From the NCBI GenBank assembly GCA_963765765.1, contig CAVXYC010000015.1, positions 512,001-576,000 of the forward strand: DNA of 64,000 bases, given 5' to 3'. The notes under the pieces were generated by a model. It was given only the letters and a program-made list of their open reading frames with translations, did no database searches and was not told where the DNA came from. Position numbers and translations under genes: made by a program. Positions 32,320 through 41,800 of the stretch are shown piece after piece (within the stretch, counting starts at the first letter, position 1; every line of letters starts with the position of its first letter). The stretch is from an uncultured Chloroflexia bacterium. GTDB lineage: Bacteria > Chloroflexota > UBA6077 > JACCZL01.

Positions 32320-34479
32320 CTATCGGTCGCCCAGGAGGGATTCAGGCGTTCGCGGATCAGCGCCGTGTCCGAATCGTTCGGATCAAAGCTGAGATACTCT
32401 TCCCAGAGCGCCACAACTTCGGCCGGTTCTCGCTCCGAGCTCCAACAGCAGGAACCCGAGATTTTTGTACGCTAATGGCTGCTCGGGGGCCAGTCGGATG
32501 GCCGTTCGGTACATCTCGACCGCGTCCGCCGTGCGCCGGTCGGTCTGGAACACATAGGCGAGGTCCAGCGCCACCCGACCGTACTCATGGACCATGCCAA
32601 ACTCCCAGCTCGTATCCGGGTACGCCTTACTAGGGAAGCGCGCCTGCTTGAAGATGTCAGCGTAGGTCCGTAGCATCACGAAGCGGTCGGAAACTATGCC
32701 CGTGGGCAGCAGCCGATGGGCCAGTCCGACGGTGACCAGATCGAACGCCTCTAGAAAGCCGGCCTCATCCGGGGTGCCAAAAATGTACACCGGCCGTCGT
32801 CCCCAGTTGGCCTCGACGAGCCAACCGAGCGAGTTTGTGCGCCCTCGGTCGTAGACTTCGAACGGTATCACCACGTCCGGATACCGACGACGGACCTGGT
32901 CAACGTACCAGGGGAACGTGAGCTGCTCCATGTTGAGCGCGATCACGTCGGGTCGCTCACGCTCGACAAGCTGGACGTATGGCACGCCGAAGTTCGGGGT
33001 ATCGCCTTTCATGATGATCAGCGAACCGGGCTCCAGTGGCGCGATCAGGTCCTGGTTGAAATGCAGTGCGAGGTAATTGTCGCTCTGGTCCACGACACCG
33101 AAGTGCGCCGCGGCGGAGGCTGCGGGGAGGGCCAGCAGCGCGATACCGGCGGCCGGGGCGGCGAGGCGGGCGATCGGAGCCGGTAGCCGCAGCTTCCGTA
33201 GCCACAGCAACACCTGACAACAGCCGGCTCCGATGGCGATGGCGAACGGCAGCATCGGTAGGATGTAGAAGCGCTCAAGAATCCCGATCCACAGCCGCGA
33301 GAGCCACGAGCTGGTATCGAGCGCCGGGTTTGCATACGCGGCGAAGATCGGCCCGCTGATCAGGAATGCCAGCAGCAGGGCCAGCCCGGGGACAGCTCGC
33401 CGCTCGGCGAGCCACCACGCCCCTACGGCTGCCAGGAGGTAGCCCGCGGGCGTGAACCCATGATAGAGATTCCAGGCCAGAAACCCGGCCTGGTCGAGTG
33501 GGGAGCTTCCCTGCGCATTTTGCGACAGCAAGTGGAAGGTTCCGTACTGCGCCCTGGTCACGTGCCGGATGAAGTTCTCTAGCGTGCGCGGATCACCCCA
33601 GGCGTACGGCGGGTTCAGACTGGAAGCCACTGGTAAGTACAGATACGGCAGCAGCCCGACCAATAGGAGGCCGGTTGCTATCACCAGTTCGCGCCCGCCG
33701 ACGCCTCGGAGAGCCCACCAGGAATCGCTCCCGGACTGACGGAGTTTGAGAGCGCCCGACCCCAGCAGAACCATAAAGGCCGGCGCTAGCAGCACGATGG
33801 TGTGATGGTTGCTCGCGGCTAGGCCGCACCCGAGAGCGAACGCCCTCAGTAGGCCCACCCGCCACGGACGCCGTTCCCATTCCAGGAGTAGCAGCAACAG
33901 CAGCGCCGCGAACAAGCTGTTCAGCGGAAACACTTCCGCTACTAGCGAGTAGGCCCAGAAGGTCGTCGAGAACGCCAGCGCCAGGCCGCCCACGGCGCCT
34001 CCGATGGCCGCCTGCCACGGGCGCACCCCCGGCTCCGCTGCGGACCCCTTTCCCCAATCCGTCAGCAAGCGGTAGATAATGTGAGCCGTAAGACCCACTG
34101 TGGCAGCATGCAGGACCGCGGACAGCAGATTCAGCCGAAGCGCAGGCGAGCCAACCGGCACGAGGGCGGCCAGGTGGCCTAGCATCGTGTAAAGCGGATA
34201 CCCGGGCGGGTGCGGGATGCCCAGCACCCACGCGGCGGTGATCAGATCCCCACTGTCTCCTGTCGGAAGCGTGGGCGCTACGGTTCGCAGGTAAAGAAGC
34301 AACGCGACGAGCGCACAACTGAGCGCCACGCAAAGGTCAATTCTGGCGGCGTTCCAATCCAGGGTCGCGATTACCGCGGTCCGCGGCATCGGCACACCGG
34401 CTAGCCTGACGGCGCCAGCTCCGCGGCGCGACTTTCCCTCTCGAATCGCTCCTGTCGGCGAAGATCGCTGTGCTGTCAC
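32320..34479 (-). CDS. DUF2723/TMEM260-like membrane glycosyltransferase with C-terminal TPR
   Basis: APTLPTGDSGDL, GIPHPPGYPLY, TTFWAYSLVAEV, NHHT, YLYLP, WGDP, GDT; 3' end uncertain because of indels. Confidence 0.85.
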
Positions 34480-35840
34480 CGACTTATAGCTCTCCGCATA
34501 ATTCCTCGCTCCCCGCGTCAGGGCTTCGAAAGTCTACGGCTTCTTCCCGCCGTTTTCGGGTGGTCGTGGCGGCATACTAGCACCAACTCACATAGGGCAA
34601 CTTACCGCGACCGCGTCGACTCGGTCGCGGATCGAGAATCGCCTAGAACTCGGCAGCTTCGGGCAGCTCATCCCCATGCTGGAGTAGCCATATTCAGCGT
34701 TGGGGGCATTCAGCGCTGAGGCCAATCCGTAGCTCTGAAGGTTCAGAAAGTTGGAAATCGGTCGAACGGGAACTTAGGCCAAGCACTGCACCTGCTCGGT
34801 ATGCTTCGTGAAATAGCCAGGCTCTCGCCTCAGCATTCCGGTGGTCTTCCGCGGTGGCGCACAGCCGGGGACGTCGCGTGGAGCCTTCGGCTCAGCGGCT
34901 GGCTGGTCGCAGGTGGCGACGTCGGCGACTCGCCAGACAGCCCCTCTACGACCCTGACAGGCTACGGCCTGACAGACATTGGTGCGCATGCGAGGAGCCA
35001 GTCACTTCTATTGGTTCGCCAGCGAGTCCCGGATATCACGCGCCCAGTGCGCCTGGCGGTTGGAAAGGTACAACACAGCTCTTGCCCCAGCGCCTCGGGC
35101 GATTGCTTGGCCGCCCGACCGACTCCGCGCCGCAGGCTGCGCTTCACTTGACCGATCCAGTTTGATCAGCACGGTCGACCGAGTGTGCGACGTTACTGCA
35201 TCCGTCGGCCCAAACCCATGATCGATGTCGAGCGCATCGACGCTGACCGCCGACTCGATTGACACCGCGACGAACCGTTCAGACGACCACCCACTCGGGT
35301 CAAAAATGCCCCCGAATGCACTTGACCATGGCGCGAAGGCATCGGTAGAATGGCCGACCGAGGGCATGGCGCCACGCGGGAGACGGTGGAGCCACCGCTC
35401 GGACCACTGTGGAGTGCGGATTCCCCATAAGGGAGGGCGGGGAATAGATGCGTACAGCGTGGCCTTGTATCACTGTGCGCACCACCAGGTGCCCAGAGTG
35501 TGTAATATTCCACGCTCCCTCAGTCGTATGCCCGGAGCAGATGCCTGGCAGGTGGGACACGGCTGGTGAAGCATCGGCATGAGTGCGGTCCCAGATCTTT
35601 TGTCAAAGGGTCGACACGGCGAACAGGTGCGCCGTCATCACGACCGAACCTGTTTCAAAGGGAGAGGCAAACCCCTCGAAACGGTACGCCGGAGTAATGA
35701 ACGGGAGACTCGGACACGACTGACCGAGTCTCGACAAGGTGAAAGATGGAGCCGCGAACGCGATAGCTGGGGCAACGGAGCCGCAACTGCGAGGCGACCT
35801 TTCGTACAGGCGATATGCAAGCGACCAAGGAATGTCCCCA

Positions 35841-38800
35841 ATGAGCAATAACCCGACCCCGGATTTCGAGTTTATCGTCCTGACGCCGGCCGGTACGCCA
35901 AATCCGGCGCTGGCGATCGCGGGAAGTCGAGCGGGCGCACTCGGAATCCTGAATCTGGAATTTACTGGCGATAGTGAAGCATCCTTGTCTGCGCTGACCG
36001 AGTTGGCAAAGCACGCGCGGGGGCGATTCGGCGTTCTGCTGGATGCCGAATCGGAAGGTCTGCTCCAACTCGTGCTTGAACAAGCCCCACCCGGACTGGA
36101 GGTGGTTGCGCTTACGGCCAGCGCCCCGGAGCGGCTCGCGGGTCTTGTCGAGGCCATTCATGCCAACGGCAGGCGCACGTACGTTGTCATCACCAACTTG
36201 GACGAGGCGCGTGCTGGCCAGAATGCTGGCGCTGATGCCCTGATTGCCAAGGGCCACGAGGCCGGCGGGTGGGTGGGCGAAGAGACTTCCTTCGTCCTGC
36301 TTCAACGACTGCTCCAACACGTGAGCCTTCCCGTCCTCGTGCAGGGCGGTGTTGGCCTGCACACTACACCGGCCTGCTTTGTTGGCGGCGCCGCGGGGGT
36401 CGTTGTCGACAACCAGCTCTTGCTCACTCGTGAGACGCCGTTAGCCGATGACGTGAAAACGCGCATCGCGGCGATGGATGGCGGCGAGACCGTTCGGTTC
36501 GGTGCATCCTTCGGTGCGGGGTTCCGGGCCTACGCCCGGCCGGGCCTGCCCGGCGTCGACGAGTTGCGCCAGCTCGAGACGGCCTTGCTGCTTGAGAATC
36601 CATCGGAGTCCGACGCTCGACGCGCCTGGCGTTCCGAGGTTCGGCGACGTGTCGACTGGCGCAGCGCCGAGGCGGACGTCCTGGCGGTGGGTCAGGATGC
36701 TACGTTTGCCTCTGGCCTTGCCCGACGGTTCGTCACGGTCAGCGGCATCCTCGATGGCCTGCGGGAAGCCATTCAGGAGCATTGTCGGGATGCACAGCGT
36801 CTGCATCCTTTAGCTGAGGACGCGCCACTCGCTCAGTCTCACGGTACCCGTTATCCGATCGTGCAGGGGCCAATGACCCGGGTGAGCGACCGGGCGGAGT
36901 TCGCCGAGGCGGTGGCCGAAGGCGGCGCACTTCCTTTCCTGGCGCTGGCGCTCATGCGTGGGCCCGAAGTGAAGACATTACTGGAAGAGACGAAGCAACG
37001 TCTCGGTGCTCGACCCTGGGGCGTCGGTATCCTCGGATTCGTACCGCAGGAGCTCCGCACAGAGCAGTTAGCGGTGATCCGAGAGTGCCAGCCGCCCTTT
37101 GCCCTCATCGCTGGCGGTCGCCCGGATCAAGCTCAGGCCTTAGAGCGTGACGGCATTAGCAGCTACCTCCACGTCCCATCACCAGGCCTGCTCGAGATGT
37201 TCTTGCAGGACGGTGCCCGCCGCTTTGTCTTCGAGGGTCGTGAGTGCGGCGGCCATGTCGGGCCGCGGACCAGCTTCGTGCTGTGGGAGACAATGGTCGA
37301 CGTGCTACTAGCCAACCTGCACACCGGTGCAAACGCGGCCGAGTATCACGTACTCTTCGCGGGCGGTGTTCACGACGGCCGGTCCTCGGCGATGGTGGCG
37401 ACGCTGGCCGCACCGCTTGTCGAGCGCGGAGTGCGGGTCGGAGTCCTGATGGGGACCGCTTACCTCTTCACCGAGGAAGCTGTGCGAGCGGGGGCGATCC
37501 ATCCGGGCTTCCAGCAAGTAGCGGTCGAAACCGAGCAGACGGCACTTGTTGAGAGCGGGCCGGGCCATGCTACTCGCTGCGCCCCCTCGCCCTTCGTCGA
37601 GGACTTTGAGCAGGAAAAGCGCCGGCTGCTGCAGGGTGGCCTGCCCGCCGAGGAGCTGCGCAATCGCCTCGAAGAGCTCAACATCGGCCGCCTGCGCGTT
37701 GCCGCCAAAGGCGTCGACCGCGATCCCAACCCGGACGGGGAGCCGGGTGCCCGCAAGCTGATTGAGATCGGCGAGGAGGAGCAGTGGTCGCGGGGAATGT
37801 ACATGATCGGCCAGGTCGCCGCATTGCGCGACCGCGTTTGTACTCTTGCTGAGCTGCATCGTGAGGTCTCGGACGGCGGCGCGGAGCGCCTCGGCACAGC
37901 GTGGCAGACGGAGCTGGTGGCAGCCTCTCCTACTCCGGCACCAGCCGCCGTCGCGATCGTCGGCATGTCGGCCATCGTGCCAGGCGCCCCCGATCTGCAG
38001 ACGTTCTGGACGAACATCTTCAACAAAGTGGATGCCATCACTGAAGTTCCTGAAGAGCGCTGGGATTGGCATCAGTACTTCGATGAGGATCGCACAGCAC
38101 GCGACAAGATCTACTCTCGCTGGGGTGGCTTCATCGACCCCGTCCCGTTCGATCCTCTCGAGTTCGGCATGCCGCCCAACTCGCTCACGTCGATAGAGCC
38201 GTTCCAGCTCCTCGCACTGGCAGTGGCGCGAGAGGCGCTCAAGGACGCGGGCTATCTGGACCGTCCCTTCCCGCGTGAACGCACTTCGGTGATGTTCGGG
38301 GCCGGAGGCGGCGGTGGCGACTTGACGGGCGGCTATGTGACCCGCTCTATGCTGCCTACCTTGTTCGGAGAGAGTGCCGCTGAGCTCACTGAGAGCCTCA
38401 ACGGTGTGCTTCCAGAGTGGACCGAAGATTCCTTCGCCGGCATCTTGATGAACGTGGCGGCAGGCCGAGTTGCCAACCGCTTGGACCTTGGCGGAGTAAA
38501 TTTCACCGTTGATGCCGCCTGCGCCTCTTCTCTGGCAGCCGTTTACCATGCGGTGCGGGACCTCGAGGCGCGGACGAGCGACGTGGTCATCGTCGGCGGC
38601 GTCGACGCCATCCAGAATCCATTCGCCTTCCTCTGTTTCAGCAAGACGCACGCACTTTCGCCAAACGGCCGCAGTCGCCCTTTCGACGCCGAGGGTGACG
38701 GCATCGCGATCAGTGAAGGCTTTGCGGCGCTGGTTCTTAAGCGGTTGGAAGACGCCGAGCGAGACGGAGATCGGATCTACGCTGTCATCCGCGGTGTCGG

Positions 38801-41800
38801 TGGCTCGAGTGACGGGCGAGATCGGAGTCTCACCGCTCCCCGTCCAGATGGACAGACACGCGCGCTGCGGCGTGCCTACGCCCAAGCCGGCTTCTCACCG
38901 TCCACCGTCGGTTTGATTGAGGCGCACGGTACCGGCACCGTGGCCGGCGACCAGGCTGAGTTGCAGGCACTGACAACCTTCTTCAGCGAGTTGGGGGCAC
39001 CCACGCAAGGCTGCGCGGTAGGCTCTGTCAAGTCGATGATCGGCCACACCAAGGCCACGGCGGGCGTCGCCGGGTTAATCAAGAGCGCCCTGGCACTGCA
39101 CCATCGCGTACTGCCACCCACCCTCGGGGTTGCCCAGCCAAATCCGAAGGCGAACTTCCCGTCCAGCCCCTTCTACGTCAACTCCGAAACCCGCCCGTGG
39201 GTCCAGGCTGCCGGGTCCGACCCACGACGGGCCGGCGTCAGCGCTTTCGGTTTTGGCGGCACGAACTTCCACGTCGCGCTCGAGGAGTACACCGGAGATT
39301 ACCTGCCGAAGGAGCGCGCCACGCTCGACTCCTGGTCCGCCGAGCTTCTGGTCTGGCGCGGTCACTCGCCCGTGGAGATCCTGACGGCGGTCGATTCGCT
39401 GCTCAGCGATCTGGAGCAGGGCGCGGAGCCTCGGCTCGCCGATTTGGCCTACTCGCTCAGCTTGTCATCCAGCTCGCTCGAGGCAGGCCAGCCAACGCTG
39501 GCTATCGTAGCGACGTCGCTGGCGGACTTGGCGGACAAGCTGCGTGCGGCCCGAGACCTGCTTCAGAGCGGCGCTGAGCGCGGCCACATGCCGCAAGGTC
39601 TACACTACGCCGAGAGCCCCCTGGCGCGTGATGGCGAGATCGCCTTCTTGTTCCCCGGCCAGGGCTCGCAATATGTGAATATGGCGCGCGACATTGCGGC
39701 CGTCTTCCCGGAAGCACGGGCCTCATTCGATGAGGCCGACAGTGTCCTGTCCGAATTGCTGGAGCGGCCGCTGAGTCGTTGGATTTGTCCCCCACCAGCG
39801 TTCACGCCAGAAGAAGAGCAGCGACAACGGGCTGAACTGACTGAGACCAATATTGCCCAGCCAGCGCTCGGGGCGACGGACATCGCATTCTACCGTCTCC
39901 TACTTGCGCTCGGTGTGGAACCAGGGATGGTGGCCGGTCACAGCTACGGTGAGTTCGTCGCGCTGTGTGCAGCCGGGTGTTTCGACGAGGAAACGCTGCT
40001 CACCCTCTCGGAGGCCCGTGGTCGCTTCATCCGCGAAAGCGCCACTGACGACTCCGGGACGATGGCCGCCGTCGATGCGGCGCCGGACGCCCTGCAGGAG
40101 CTGCTTGCCGATCCAGAATTAACCCTCGCCAACCTCAACGCACCCCGGCAGACCGTTGTCGCCGGCACACGCACCGCGGTCGAACGCGCCATTGCCTGGT
40201 GTGCGGAGCGCGGCCTCCGCGCCCAACAGTTGCCCGTTGCCTGTGCTTTCCACTCGCCGTTGGTCGCGCCGGCCCAGCAGCGTCTGGCCCAGCTACTCCG
40301 CCAGACGTCGATCCGGCGACCTCGCATTCCCGTCTTTTCGAACACCACAGCGGCGATCTATCCCGACGAGGAGTCAGCGATCGGCGAATTGCTGGCCGAG
40401 CACCTCGTCCGCCCGGTGGATTTCGTTCGCGAGATCGAGGCGATGTACGAGGCTGGTGCCCGCATCTTCGTTGAGGTCGGCCCGCGTAGTGTCCTCACCG
40501 GGCTCGTTGACCGGATTCTCGGTGATCGCCCTCACGTCTGCGTTCCGTTGGACCAGCCCGGAAGGCCTGGTCTGGTCCAGCTGCTCCACGGCCTGGCGAC
40601 TCTCGTCGCCGAGGGCGTCCCGCTACAGGCCGAGCGACTCTACCGCGGCCGCACGGTCCGGCGCCTGGATCTCGCCGCACTCCGGCGCGAGACGCGCCAG
40701 CCGCAATACTCCTCGACGACCTGGCTGGTTGACGGGGGGCGAGCCTGGCCAACCCATGGTGAGAGCCACCAGAAACAGCGCGCGACCGTCCCATTGCAGA
40801 TGAAAGCCGCCGATGGCCCAACCACCGTCGCCAAGTCCAGCATCGACGCTACAACACTCGCTTCGGCAGAGCGCGAAGGCGCGCACGGCAATGGAACGGG
40901 CAATGGTCAGCACTCAGTATCGCAACTGCAGACTGCTGCCGCATACAACGGCCAGACACAGGTCAATGGCGCAAGCAGCTACCCGACGGTCCTGGGTCAC
41001 ACGCCCGCCGCGGTAGTGAGCCAGCCACCGGCTCCTGCCAAAACGTTGGAAACAGGGCCAGCGGTGATCTCCTCGTCACCGCTCGCCATCATCAATGACT
41101 CCACACCCGAGGTCATGCGCCAATTCCAGCAAGTCATGCAGCGCTTTCTCCAGACTCAGCAGAGCGTCATGCTGGCCTATCTGGGCGCGCCCGAGCACGG
41201 AGTCCAAGCCCCCACGTCGGAGTCTGGAGCATCAACCAACATCCAGGTGACCAGTGCGACGCGGCAGCCAATAACGGTCCAGACCCCGATCAGCCTAGGA
41301 GCCGCGATTGAGACGAATGGCATGGACACGTCGAGCGCGCTCGTGACGGGCCCGCCCGTCGCGGCCGACGCGCCTGCCAGACTTGCTAATGAGGTGCCGG
41401 TCGATGAACAGGGCAAGGAGCCGGCAGTCTCTGCGCCGATCGCGAACCCGGCCTCGTCCTGGGGTCGAGAGCAGATCACGGAGCAAGTCCTGGCCGTCGT
41501 CAGCGATCGGACAGGCTACCCAGCGGACATGCTGGGGCTCGATGTCGACATGGAAGCCGATCTAGGGATCGACTCCATCAAGCGGGTTGAGATTGCGGGG
41601 ACCGTTGTGCGGCTCCTGGCACTTACCATGGACGACTCTACCGATCTCGAGCGGTTGACGACCAGCCGCACCCTCCGGCAGGTCGTTGAAAATCTGGAGG
41701 CGCTGCTCGCGCCCGGCTCGAGAGTGGAACAGGGCAAGGAGCCGGCAGTCTCTGCGCCGATCGCGAACCCGGCCTCGTCCTGGGGTCGAGAGCAGATCAC

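Noticed and set aside
35666-35690. c-di-GMP-I riboswitch-like GGCAAACC..GAAA..ACGC
   Set aside because: The stem around GAAA does not pair and the GCAAA/second hairpin is missing.
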